A stretch of 64,000 nt of DNA. Origin: Sminthopsis crassicaudata (taxonomy: Eukaryota). Made by a program: the position numbers and the translations under genes. The stretch covers positions 71,446,937 through 71,510,936 of the forward strand of contig NC_133617.1 in NCBI RefSeq assembly GCF_048593235.1, read 5' to 3'. The notes beneath the pieces are model-generated. The model saw only the letters and a list, made by a program, of their open reading frames with translations. It was not told the DNA's origin and made no database searches. Positions 16,204-28,435 of this stretch are shown here, piece by piece; position 1 is the first letter of the stretch, and every line of letters starts with the position of its first letter.

Positions 16204-18003
16204 CTATTCTCTAAGGGATTTCAGTATTTGTGATTATTGTCCTCTAACCAGCATGGCTGGTGAGAGAACTTTCAGGCAGCACAAGCCCAAAAGTCAGTCA
16301 CTTGGGCTGGATGGTCGGGAAGCAAGGGAGAGCTTCACAGAGTGCTCTGTAAGATTTTTGGCCCAAGAAAGAAGCGCTGAGGGGCCTTTCTCACTCTCTA
16401 AACTAGTTTCTTATGCAGTACATCAAGTGCCAGCTGTTGTCATATGTACAAAGTCTTTGCTTATTTGTTATAATCCCCAACTGCCTTTAGAGACTGGACT
16501 GGGCCTGGCTTAGAACCTGAGCCTGGCCAGGTCAGGCTTCTGGTAGTTACCAAGGTAAGTTAAGGAGCCCTTTAAAAGCACAAACTGTCTGTGGGACAGC
16601 TAGCCAACAGACAGAACGTAACCTTAGCTAGAGGGGATCTCAGTGTGGCCCTCATTACCCTGAGTCCCATTTTCGAACACCATTCACCAATTCCTCGCTA
16701 GAAAATTTCTCATGTGACAGCATCCAGGAGTAGGGAATGGTACAAAAAGCATCATTTGAAATGCCCTTCCAGATGCCTTATTGAGTACCAGGAAGAACAA
16801 GGAGGGGACTGGGATGACTGTTGGCTCTTCCCCCTATTCTATTCCATTCCTTGAGGGAGGCAGGCAGGCATCTGCCCCTTCCCCCGCCCAATCTGTGTCT
16901 TCAGCTCTCTGAGATTTCGGTGCTAATATGGTGCTGTTTTCCTAAGGAGTTTTGAATCCTTGATAGGACTTTCCCTATTGGCCTGGGGCAGAACAGGCTC
17001 CAGGGACCCTTGGCAGGGATCAAGACAAGAAACAGTAAGAGCCAAGACTTCTTGGAATCCAGTTTATTAGGTGGGAGTAGAGGCAGAGGTCTAATGCATA
17101 TCATCCTCTTAACTACTCTTTTTCTTCCCCCACACTTCTTCCCTTTCCCTCTCCTGTATCTTTCGAACCCTAAGAATTGGTGTAATGAAATGTACCCTGG
17201 ACGATCTCTGGGGCAAGTCAAAACTGAGTATGTGGCCACAGACCTATTCAGAAATACTAGGGTTGGTGGAAGGAGAATACTCTAGACTTTGCCCTAATGT
17301 GGGAAGTGTTTGCCTTTGAGTCACTATCCAGTATGTCCCCTTCTTAATCATCCTTACTTGTCTGGCCAGAGGTCCTCTCTGTACAAAGAAACCCAGACCT
17401 TTCTATTTGACCACGGCTTGGCCTGGCCTGGGCCTTCCCTTCAGGTATCCCCAGTACTTGAGCACAATCCTGGCACATAGTAGTAAATACTTAATAAATG
17501 CTACCTCCAAAGTGGTTATGAGACTCAATTGAAATATTTGCAATATTTGTAAAGTACTTGATACATACTACATAGTAAGCACTTAATCAATCCTTCCTTC
17601 TTTCCTCCCTTCTTTCCTTCCTTTCTTTTTATCCCTCCCTCCCTTCTTCCTTTCCTTCTTAATTTTGCTTCTTGGTTTTTGAGGCCCCCTAGAAATAAGG
17701 CAGATTCAGAGATCATCTACTCCCTTTTTCAGAGGTAGGAATTTGAGATTTGGCAAAGTAAGATGACTTATTCAGTCACAGTAATGAGATCCGGAATTCA
17801 AACTCGGACCTTCCAACTTCAGCTCTCACACTCCCTCCCCACCCTCAGCTCCCCCAACAAAAACACACACTAGGACATAGGGTGATGGCCACTGCTGCTG
17901 GAGGCAGAGGGAGGGGAAGGGCAAAAACGGAATGCCGGGCCTCTAGGATGCTGGAGCGGGAAACGGAGTAGGCTTTGGGAGCTATGAGTGATTTTTGTAG
18001 ATT

Positions 18004-18009
18004 TTTATT
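18004..18009 (-). terminator. CNN1: CNN1 polyadenylation signal
   Basis: TTTATT on + (AATAAA on -), about 670 nt past the stop. Confidence 0.7.
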
Positions 18010-18679
18010 GTGCTCCAGTGAAATTTTTTAAAAAGTGCTCACTTAACAAACGCCTTCAGGAATGCCAGTCAATGCAAAAATGCAAAACCGAGTGTGTCTG
18101 CTTGGCCTTTTGGCATGCAGTTGGTGCTCACTGCGGGGGTTGGGAAGGGAAGAGTCCGAGACAAATTTGCTTTGGGGTCAGGGCTGTCGGGATGGGACAA
18201 GAACGGGTGTCCTCAGGGCAACGGAGGCAGAGCAATTTCATCTTCACTCAGTAGTTTGGGTTTCTTGAGGCTTTTCTGTTGGGGGTATTGTCCAGCCTTA
18301 TTATATTTGGTATATTTGAGGTTTCACCTCCATCCCTAGGAAGAGACCTTACTCTTACACTGACCTCTGGGGAAAATGGGGGCCTTAGCCCTTGAGCAAG
18401 AGGCAGGTGGAAAGCAGATCCAAGAATGCAGCAGGCTCAGGGTGAGTTTTTTTGGCAGGGTCTAGGGAAGGGGAAGGAGGAAAGAGCCTCCTTCCTTCTC
18501 GCTCTCCTCTCCCCCTTCTCCTGGCTCCCACAGCCCACTCCCCCAACCCGAAAGTCCCCAGACCTTGCACCCTGGCTGGAAAGTTAGACCCTTGAGGCAT
18601 GGTGGTAAGGCAGGCTGGGCCCGGCCATTCTTCAGGCCCCTAGAGCAGCTGCTGACTCCCTGGGGGTTGGGCTTGGTCC

Positions 18680-21600
18680 CTACGCAGAGTTGTAGTAGTT
18701 GTGTGAGTGATGATTATGAGTGGGCTCATCCAGCTCCGGGTACTCGGGGGTCAGGCAATATTTGGGGTCGTACACCTGGCGGGGCAGGCCGTACACCGTC
18801 ATGCCACGCTGGGATGCCCCCTTGTTGCTGCCCATCTGCAGGCTGACGTTGAGTGTGTCACAGTGCTCCATGCCCAGCGTGGGCTCAAAGATCTGCCGCT
18901 TGGTCCCGGGGGCTGTCATGCCCGCCTACAGTGGGGAGGAGCGGAGTGGCCGCTTTAACTCACGCCCTGCCCGCAGGGCAAGGCTGGGAGCGACGGGTGT
19001 TTGCCAGGGAGGCGCTCAGGCAGGTTTGGGATGGGCTGCCCAAAGCTTCGCCTGGCACTCCCCTCCCTCCCGATGCCTCCGTGCCTTACCTGGCTGGCCC
19101 CCTTGTTGGTGCCCATCTGCAGACTAATGGTGGCCTGGTCCAGAGGCTGATCAGTGCCCAGCTTGGGGTCATAGAGGTGGCGGCGGGTGCCATACGCTGT
19201 CATCCCTTGCTGGCTGGCAAACTTGTTGGTGCCCATCTAGGGAGGAATCCATCCCGGAGTCTTAGGATGGCAGGTACTAGCCCAGCCCCTCCCAAGGCCA
19301 GCAGTAACGTGGCCATGGGCCAGCCTGGCAGTCAGTGAGGAAGCAGGCCCTGGATCCCTCCTCCGCTCCCCCAGAGCCCTACCCACCTGCAGGCCTATAA
19401 TGTTCCTCCCCTCCTTCAGCTTTTCTGGCTGAAACTTCCTCTCCTGCTTCTCAGCGTACTTCACTCCCACGTTCACCTTGTTCCCTTTTGTCTTGGCCTG
19501 TGGAGACCCAGGCATGGAGTCGGTGTCCTCCCCCCCCCCCCCCCCCCCCCCCCCGTCCCCCCTTCTGTCCCTGCCCCCCTCCCCCGCACAAGGCCTCCCT
19601 CAGGCCCCACTCACCACGCTGGCCAGGGCGATGAGCGTGGACTGCACCTGCGTGTGGTTGGTGTTCTCAAACAAGTCGTTGGCTTCGAAGATGTCGTGAG
19701 GCTTCACCCCGTATTTGGTAATGGCTTTGATGAAGTTGCCAATGTTTTCCAGCTGGGGAAGGAGCAGAACACAGGGATTCAGGCAGGAGAAGGGGGCAGG
19801 GGCTTCTGGAGAGCAGGGGGTCGGGCAGGAGAAGGGGGCAGGGGCTGCTGAGAGCGGGGGGTCGGGCAGGAGAAGGGGGCAGGGGCTGCTGAGAGCGGGG
19901 GGTCGGGCAGGAGAAGGGGGCAGGGGCTGCTGGAGAATGGGGGGTCGGGCAGGAGAAGGGAGCAGGGGCTGCTGAGAGCGGGGGGTCGGGCAGGAGAAGG
20001 GGGCAGGGGCTTCTGGAGAGCGGGGGGGTCGGGCAGGAGAAGGGGGCAGGAGCTTCTGGAGAATGGGGGGTCAGGCAGGAGAAGGGGGCAGGGGCTTCTG
20101 GAGAGCAGGGGGTCGGGCAGGAGAAGGGGGCAGGGGCTTCTGGAGAATGGGGGGTCAGGCAGGAGAAGGGGGCAGGGGCTTCTGGAGAGCAGGGGGGTCG
20201 GGCAAGAGAAGGGGGCAGGAGCTTCTGGAGAATGGGGGGTCAGGCAGGAGAAGGGGGCAGGAGCTTCTGGAGAATGGGAGGTCGGGCAAGAGAAGGGGGC
20301 AGGGGCTGCTGAGAGCGGGGGGTCGGGCAGGAGAAGGGGGAAGGAGCTTCTGGAGAGCGGGGGGTCAGGCAGGAGAAGGGGGCAGGAGCTTCTGGAGAAT
20401 GGGGGGTCAGGCAGGAGAAGGGGGCAGGAGCTTCTGGAGAATGGGGGGTCAGGCAGGAGAAGGGGGCAGGGGCTGCTGAGAGCGGGGGGTCGGGCAGGAG
20501 AAGGGGGCAGGGGCTGCTGGAGAGCGGGGGGTCGGGTGGGCCGGCTCCTACCTGGTGCCAGTTCTGGGTGGACTCGTTCACCTTCCGCACTGAGCCCGGC
20601 TGCAGCTTATTGATAAACCTGAAAGGGACAAAGGATGAGGAACCCGAGCTGTTCAGGGCCTTCTCTTGCCATCTTGAGCAGGGTCCCTTGCCTCCAAGAA
20701 ACATTCCGTTTCCCCTCAAATCCAGGTTTGGGAGCCCATTATTGTCCTCCCTCTGGGACCGCCCATTCCATTTCTGGACAGAACTAATTATTGAAATGTT
20801 TCTCGTTTTTGAACCCAAAAGACCTTTGTTCAACTTCCTTCTGCTCACTGTTCTGAGAGCAAACAATTCACCACTCCACTTAGAGGGCAGCCCTCATCTG
20901 CCCCGGCCCGCAGTGACTCCCCAGTGTTAGTAGCAGGCAGGAGCTGATCCCAGGTCCTGCATCAAAATCCAAGGTTCTGTCTCCCACCCTCCAGCCATGG
21001 CGAAAACGGAATCTCCCGCTCCACACTGGACATCTGGGGGTGGGGCGGACCTGACTCTCCGAATTGAAGCCCCAAGTCACAGAATCCCCGCCAGCCCGCC
21101 CACTCTTACTCGCAGAGGATGATTCCATCCTTGAGACCATCCATGAAGTTGGGCCCTATGCGTCTTCCGGTGATCTCCTCGATCCATGTCCGGAGCTCCT
21201 GCTCCCGTTGGGGATCGTACTTCTGGGCCAACTGGGGGTGGGAGAGAACGGTGAGAGCGCCTCGACCAGCGTTGTGAGGAGGTATGGGGACGGGGAAGGA
21301 CTTGGCTTATGATTGAGGTTCAGGAGGGCAAAACGGGTCACGGAAAGTGTGTCCTGGGTGGCAAGACACCGGCCCTATCCAAACTGTATTAAGGGCAAAA
21401 GTGTACCCATTGTTAAAGGTCCCCTCCTCCCCAGCTCCGTCTCCTCCTGCTGATGGAGAGGCCGGCTTTCTTTTCCCATCTCTTCCCTACTAAGGCAATG
21501 CTGTCCCCGGGCCCAGGGGCGGGGGAGGCGTTAGGCCAGGCCATGCTCAGCACCTGCCCAGGGGGCCCATTCCAAGCATTCCGGAGGTTTGGCACAGGGC

Positions 21601-24600
21601 AATGGGGGAGGACTGGGTAGAGATGGAAGGGGGGGAGCTACCCTTCAGCCCCCTTAACTACGCTTGAGTGTCAGTGGTTCCTGGTTCTTCCCTCCTCAGC
21701 CCCTCTTGAGATGGGTCTGGACAGAAGACCTAATGCAGAAGGCTTGGGCACAGAAGTGTCATCTGAGGGAGTGTGTGTCCCAATTCTGCGGCCTTCTCCC
21801 TGGGGCTCTCTGGGGGGGTATTAGTGTACATGGATGGCTGTGCATCCGTGCATTTCCCTATCTTCATCTCCAGTCCTCCGTAATTACATCCCAGAATCTC
21901 AGAGTTGGAGGACCCTGAGAAGCCATTTCCCATTAGTCCTGCAGCCAGGAATTCTCTGGGCGGCCTCCAAGACTGGTGAACCTATGGCACTGCTGAGTTT
22001 TGTGGGAGATGTATGCATACATGTGTATGTGTTTATGTGAGTGTGAGAGAGAGACAGAGACAGAGAAAGGGAGAGAGAGATGGAGGGAGACAGAGAGAGA
22101 TAGANNNNNNNNNNNNNNNNNNNNNNNNNNNNNNNNNNNNNNNNNNNNNNNNNNNNNNNNNNNNNNNNNNNNNNNNNNNNNNNNNNNNNNNNNNNNNNNN
22201 NNNNNNNNNNNNNNNNNNNNNNNNNNNNNNNNNNNNNNNNNNNNNNNNNNNNNNNNNNNNNNNNNNNNNNNNNNNNNNNNNNNNNNNNNNNNNNNNNNNN
22301 NNNNNNNNNNNNNNNNNNNNNNNNNNNNNNNNNNNNNNNNNNNNNNNNNNNNNNNNNNNNNNNNNNNNNNNNNNNNNNNNNNNNNNNNNNNNNNNNNNNN
22401 NNNNNNNNNNNNNNNNNNNNNNNNNNNNNNNNNNNNNNNNNNNNNNNNNNNNNNNNNNNNNNNNNNNNNNNNNNNNNNNNNNNNNNNNNNNNNNNNNNNN
22501 NNNNNNNNNNNNNNNNNNNNNNNNNACAAAANNNNNNNNNNNNNNNNNNNNNNNNNNNNNNNNNNNNNNNNNNNNNNNNNNNNNNNNNNNNNNNNNNNNN
22601 NNNNNNNNNNNNNNNNNNNNNNNNNNNNNNNNNNNNNNNNNNNNNNNNNNNNNNNNNNNNNNNNNNNNNNNNNNNNNNNNNNNNNNNNNNNNNNNNNGAA
22701 GAAGAGCAGAGAGATAGGGGTGGGAGGTTGGGAGAGACAGAGTGTGTAGACATGGGATGAGGGGGCACCATGACCCCACTAGACTAAACAAGTTCTCTGA
22801 CTATCTCAACACCACTTTGGTCCAGGTCCTCCCCCCAGGCTTTAGGAACAGGACCGGGGAGAAGTGGGCTGGGAAAGCCTGGCTGAGCACCTACCTTAGC
22901 CTCCTACATGCCAGCAGGGGGTGCCCAGGTCCCGATCTGCCCCGGGCAGGGCAGTGGGGTAAGGGGGGGAGGATTGGGCCGGAATCCCACAGGAGGGGAG
23001 GGGCCTAGCTCTCCACTCTTCCTACTCACCTGGCCTGAGGAGCATCTGTTGCCAGCCTGCACTGTGGCCCCTCCCTTTGGTCCCCCAGCCCCCACCTCCC
23101 CTCCAGCTCCAGTTTGCTTTATAAAGCAAACCAGCCCTTATATAGAGCTCGGGCTTCCCTGCCTAGCTTCCCCCAAAGCAGCCTTATATGGAGAGGCTGC
23201 TCTGCCGGGTGCTTCAGGGAGAGAGGGGGTAGTCTGGAACTGGGTCCCAGTGGGGGATGGGCAGCCCAAGCTCCCCCTCTCACTTCCCTTCCTGATCCTG
23301 TTAAATGGAGAAAAAAGGAGGAGGGAAGACCCCCTATCCCCGGGGAATCTCCGTTTTCTTGGCCGGGAAGTCAGGACGATTGGACGCTATGATTTCTAAG
23401 GTCCTTTCCTGCTGAATCTGGGATTTTAAATTCTCTCCTCCCCCTCCAGCCCCACCGTCCCAGTCAGGTCCCCGCTCCTCTCCAGATTTCTTTCTCCAAA
23501 GGACTGAGCTTTTCCATCCGAAGGGAGACAGAGACCCTCAGAAAGATGCTACTCTGGGAAGTTATTCGGGACCCAGGAGGAAAGATAACTGGGGGATTTA
23601 GAGAGTAAATAGGAATCTACAATGATGGGAAACTTCCTATGTCTCCCATGCTCTTGTTGGAGGATGGTGGGGGTGGTGTGGAGATGCTTCCTGCTGGCCA
23701 TCATTATCAACAGGTTGGCCTTTCTGGGAGTTCCCGGGCACAGCCACTCTGGGAGTCCACAGCAGGGGAAGCTCAGGCAGGTGACAAAGCGATCTGTCTC
23801 CCCGGAAGCTTTCTAACCCTGAGCTGGAGAAGGGTGCCCAGCAAGAATTCAGAACCAGGTAACCAAACAGTCCCGCTGTCCCCCAGGGACTATCACCCAG
23901 CGCCTCTGAGATTTGGCTTTGCTCTGCTTGTTGGGGTTAGTCTGATGAGGGATAGTGGGAGATTTAAAATTCCCCAAAGTTACTGAGCGATGCATCTCTC
24001 AGCAGGCGGCCCTGGGGCTGAAGGATGCCCCTGGGATGCTGGAGAAAAGGATCCTGCCCATCCTGGTCCCCGTGGTGCTCAGTATCCCTCCCTCCACGGG
24101 GAATCCATCCCCTTCTTCCTCCTTTCACCCTCCATACTCAATATTTATTACTTACATCTACAATACTCAGAACCTCGGGGTGCAAAGTAGGGAACAAAAT
24201 CCGGGGAGTGAGAGCTTCCAGGGAGGAGATATCCCAAGAGGTGTATTTAAGCAACTCCTGACAAAAGGCCTGCTCAGCTGAGGCCCTCTCTCCTTCAGGC
24301 ACCAGGTCCCACCCCACCCACAAGGTAGAGTCCATAACTATCTCCTGGGCTTTCCGGCCCTCCAGCCTCTCTGGGTGAACCTCTCCTAACTCCCTCTGCC
24401 CATGCACTTTTTTCTTCACATCTCCAGCCTCTGGCCCTCAGTCCCCCTCCCTTGCACACTTTTCCCATTCCAGTCCCTTTCTCCATACCCTTTGCCCCTT
24501 GAGTCTCTCTTCCCTGACCCTCTCTACCCCTCTACCCCTTCTCCTTACTATCCTGATCCTCCAGTTCTTCCCCCTTTACCATTCCATCCTCCCATGTTCC

Positions 24601-25013
24601 CCCTTTTGCCTTTCCTTCCCTCTTCCTCCCACCTAGATTTAGTCCTGTTCTCCATCACCCCTCACTGAGCGGGAGCTCAGGTTCGCGGTGGACAAGAACA
24701 CTCTTCCACTGGCCTTTAGTTCAGAAATAATGACTCTCCTTCCCTGGGCTAGACCCGGCTCCCTGAATTCTGTATCACCTTGTTACCCTCTCCTCCAGGA
24801 AACCAGAGTTGGGGACTGGGGAGTAGAGAGGAAGGAGGAGGGGGAACTCAGACATGACATTCCCCCTTGGGGGCTGAGAACTAGGAATCCCACCGAGGGT
24901 GCCCAGGCATCCTGGGGGAGATGGCTGAGCCAAGGTGATTTGGGTTTTACCTTGTTCTTGACCTCCGCTGACAGTCCGTAAGCGGGGCCCCGGTTGAAAT
25001 GAGCAGTGGACAT
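18680..25013 (-). CDS. CNN1: Calponin-1 (smooth muscle basic calponin, 297 aa)
   Basis: complement join(24951-25013, 21110-21231, 20552-20618, 19615-19752, 19387-19497, 19090-19236, 18680-18925) = 894 nt, all GT-AG. Starts [21 protein letters not shown], has the CH domain and three calponin repeats, and ends HNYYNSA*. Confidence 0.99.
19781..20535. repeat. G-rich minisatellite/VNTR, about 18 copies of a 41-43 bp unit, in CNN1 intron 3
   Basis: Unit approximately GGGCAGGAGAAGGGGGCAGGGGCT(T/G)CTG(G)AGA(GC/AT)GGGGGGTC, counted by eye. Confidence 0.95.
22105..22697. other. Assembly gap (N run with a 6-nt island at 22526-22531) flanked by GA repeats, CNN1 intron 1
   Basis: Read directly from the sequence. 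Confidence 0.98.
23116..23191. promoter_or_regulatory. CNN1: Intronic CArG (SRF) cluster in CNN1 intron 1
   Basis: Perfect CArG CCTTATATGG 23182-23191, near-CArG CCTTATATAG 23136-23145 and palindrome GCTTTATAAAGC 23116-23127. Eutherian CNN1 is known to be driven by intron-1 CArG boxes. Confidence 0.8.
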
Positions 25014-25070
25014 GCTGGTGGTTCTGCTGCCAGTGGACAGGCCCGGGGTTCTCTGATTCGGGGCTGCTGT

Positions 25071-25105
25071 GGCGGCGGCGGCTGCTGCTGCTGCTGCTGC
25101 TGCTG
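25071..25105 (-). repeat. Compound (CAG)8-(CCG)3 trinucleotide repeat in the CNN1 5' leader
   Basis: The + strand reads (GGC)3 G (GCT)8. Confidence 0.92.
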
Positions 25106-25109
25106 AAGT

Positions 25110-25330
25110 GGTCTCCAATTTTCCCTGCAACTTTTTGAAAGCTTGAGCTCTGGGCTTCCCCATATGAGCCCTGGCAGGTCATCCCATTGGGCCGGAGGGC
25201 CCGCCAATGGCTGAGAAGCAATCCCCCCCTCCCCTTCCCCCACGTCAGCCAGCCCCTCTTTGCTGGAGCGCCCCCCCCCCCCCCCCCCCCGTGATGTCAG
25301 GCCCCTGGTATTGGGAGCCGATGCTGTCAT
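25110..25330 (-). promoter_or_regulatory. CNN1: CNN1 proximal promoter (TATA-less, two CCAAT boxes, C run)
   Basis: ATTGG 25186-25190, CCAAT 25204-25208, CRE-like TGATGTCA near 25292 and a C run at about 25272-25290; the TSS position is inferred. Confidence 0.65.
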
Positions 25331-26332
25331 TGTTTCCACCTTGGTGGGGGGAGGGATGTTGTAGGGGAGGGGAGGCTCTGCTAGAGTCATTCTTAGCCCA
25401 GAAAGGGGGGTGGGGGAGTGTGGAAGAATCACCAGCTGAGAATTCCTGGGGAGGACCCAAGCAGCCAGAAACGGGAATAGGGCCGTGGACAGGGACGGGG
25501 ACAGTGTGAGACAGCAGTCACCCTCCCCCACCGTAACGCTGGGTTAACCCCGAGTAGTGTCTGTGTCTGGCCGTCTGTACCGGGTTCTGTCTGGCTCTAT
25601 TTTCTATTTGTTTTTTTCTGTGACTGTTCCAGAGACTGAGATGGACTGAAGATTGTCTCGGAGTCAGTTTAACCCTGCCCACATGTATTAAGCATCTAGA
25701 ATTTGACACATTCCCCGTGTTCTAGGAGCTCGTGGAGCAGGTTTTTTTCTTTCCCCTCTGTCTTGCCCCTGATTGTTCCCTCTCTGGGCCCCTGTTTTCT
25801 CCGCTTCTCCCAGTTTCCCTCTCTTTCTGTCCCGTTTCCCTCTCTCATTCTCCACTCTTTCTGATTAGGGTTCTAAGACTTTCCCTTGACGGGCCCATCA
25901 TTGAGGTCCTCAGTCCCAGGGCACCTGTGGACCAGTATTTCAGAAAGGATAATGGGGGCACCAAGGGAGTAATCAGCCCAGACAAGACTCAGGCTCTTTA
26001 AGGCCATGTTGGCTCCTGAGTCCTGGGTCCCCCTCGGGCTCCCTGGGAAATGGAATGGGGAAGGACTTCTGTGCTCCCAACCCCACTCCCTCCCCCCCAC
26101 TTCCACCCTCTAGTTAGAGGCTCCCTTTTCTGCAGAAATGCTTGTTTCCCCTCCCCCCACCCCTCACCCCAGGCAGCTTTTCTCTCCTTCTGGGAATTCT
26201 GCCCCTGAATTGAAGAAGCGGAACGGGGAACCCTGAGCGTTCAGAACAGGAAAAGGAGAATTTTCCTCCATTGCGGATCATCAAAAAACCATGAGAGTTT
26301 CTTCATCTATAAATGAAATGGTTGGACTAAAG

Positions 26333-26527
26333 CAGGGGCTCTTAGTTTTTTGTGTATATCATGGATCCCTTTGGTAGCCTGGTAGAGCCTACAGATCCCT
26401 TCTTAGAATTAATTTTTTTTTAATGCACAAAATAAAACATATAGGATCACAAAGCAAACCAATTCTAATACATTTCTCAAAGTATTTTAAAAAACAAATC
26501 TATGGGCCCCGAGGTGAGGAACCCCTG
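26333..26527. mobile_element. Non-autonomous hAT/Charlie-type DNA transposon (MITE)
   Basis: Imperfect TIRs CAGGGGCTCTT...GAGGAACCCCTG around an AT-rich interior; a related piece lies on the opposite strand at about 47860-48020. Confidence 0.65.
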
Positions 26528-28309
26528 CCTCTCTAAAGCCTCTCATCGCTCCTAAATAGACTACGGAAGGGACTTGGCCCTTGAGCCAGGGCAAAAGGGT
26601 ATTCAGTCTGAATCCCTTGGACGTGATGTCTGCGGGTGACTAACACAGCGTCAGCATCAGGGCTGTGGGCCACCCTCGCCATTCCTCTCCCTCCCTCCTT
26701 TCTATTGTAGGCTTCACCATTTATAGAATGGACCTCTTCAGCTCTGAAGTCACACAGTCTGGCTTGAAGAATGGGATCCCCCTGAAGCTCCTGCCTCCAG
26801 GGAAGTCCGCTTTTGGGCTTACCACAGTGCCCCCCTTTTTATCCTCAGGAAAACCAAGGCCCCCCGTCTTCGGAGAAAATCATTTCTTTTTCTATCATGA
26901 TTTTGGCTTTCTTTGCCTCCCAATCCGGCTTCATCCTTTATAAGGATTAGGGGAAGGGAGTTTGGAGATTTCAGCCTAAGCTAATGAAACTCTATGCACA
27001 TTAGGGGTAGAGGAAATGTTAGAAAACCCGGAAAACAGTGGTTGAGGCAATGGGTAGACAATGATAGGAAGGGAAAGGGTTCTAGGTGCTCCCAGTTGTG
27101 ACGTGGGGAGTGGAATGCTGGGAAGGTTGGAGTGATTCACCACGAACATACATTTGGAACATCTGAGTAATGACCTTCACTCAGCACTAGACACTGTCAC
27201 CTCCATTCCACTCCCACTAAGGAACAGGTGGCCACCCTGACATGGCGTAAGAGGTTATATCATCTCTTTATAAAGCTACAAACGAGCGCACACACATACC
27301 ACTCTCCTTCTAAAAAAGGTTCGTTGCCTTCATTCCAGGCAAGGAGATCCCTGAGTGTTATTTGAAAGTCAGGAGCTTGCGGAGGACCCCACTCCAAAAT
27401 GAGGAAAAGTCCTCAAAGATCGAACTTTCAATTTTTCTCCTCTCTCTCTTCACCCATAATTTTTAAAGCTGGAAGGGACCTTAGCAATCATTTCACATAA
27501 TCTGATTCCCTCTATTTCTCTTTTTTGTTTTATTTTTCTCTAGATTTATGATTTCACTGTGAGGGAACTTCTCCCACCAATAGAAGGCCAAGACTCATCT
27601 GCTATTTACTGTCTGAGAGGGTCACCAAAAGACTAACCATGAACACACATCTAGAGTAGGTCCGAGACTGGCCTTTCCTGACTCTGAGACCCATCTGCTA
27701 CAACAGGTGGTAGGTCCTAGAAGTGAGGGAACAAATTGAATGTCTTACAGCAGGATTCCCAGGTTGTAAGGAATAGTGTCTTTGTTTGAACTCTGGTCCC
27801 GAGGCTTGTGCTCCCCCTCACCATAAACTGTAAGCTCCTCAGGAGCAGAATATATATAATATTTATGGTGTGTCCCCTTCAGGACCTTTCCCTCATCCCC
27901 CCCCATCTATTCTGGGTTTTAAACAGATTTGATCTGGCTGAAATATTCTCTTTTTCTCAGAGTTTATTTACTCTGGGAAATCTCTGAATGCCATCCATTT
28001 TAGGTCTACAAATGGTATGTAAAAGAATTCCCAGGTCCCCTACAAGTACTAACGGTACCAAATGCATTTTACATGTGTAGGACAGTCTTTCCCTTATCCT
28101 TTAGTAAGACATGCAGAATAGAGAAAATATAAAGGACTCAAGAGTCCATAAAAGCATTCAGAACACACATTAAATCACTTTTAATAGCTCATAAAGAATC
28201 AAAGGCATTCTTTTCCACCAGGGTCCTAAAGTCCTCCACACCAAAGCTTCTGCCTGTGGTTTAGGCTCCAAAGGAAAAGGAACTTGGCTCTGTTTCTTTC
28301 TCCCCACAT

Positions 28310-28435
28310 TTTTGTTTGTTTGTTTTGAGGCAATCAGGGTTAAGTGGCTTGTCCAGGGTCATAGCTAGAAAGTGTCTGAGCCCAGATTTGAACTCATGGA
28401 TGATGTTCTGTCTCCTGCCCCATCTTAGCTGCCCT
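28310..28435 (-). mobile_element. tRNA-derived CORE SINE
   Basis: (TTTG)n tail, then gcaatcagggttaagtggcttgtccagggtc, gatttgaactc and agctgccc head in reverse orientation. Confidence 0.75.

Noticed and set aside
19781-20535. Regularly spaced repeat as a CRISPR-like array; repetitive ORFs 19715-19975, 20063-20479 and 20240-20866
   Set aside because: Head-to-tail units with no unique spacers in a vertebrate intron; the ORFs are by-products of a stop-poor GC repeat.
21899-22791. Long ORFs of 198-290 aa
   Set aside because: They span N runs; the same applies to ORFs over 35550-35698.
27104-27217. Inverted repeat GTGGGGAGTGGAATG / CATTCCACTCCCAC as a pre-miRNA
   Set aside because: Only about 14 bp pair and the ~80-nt interior pairs poorly; not a miRNA-like hairpin.
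27995-28004. Perfect CArG CCATTTTAGG about 2.9 kb upstream of CNN1
   Set aside because: An isolated 10-mer in AT-rich DNA; several are expected by chance in 64 kb and it has no neighbouring motifs.
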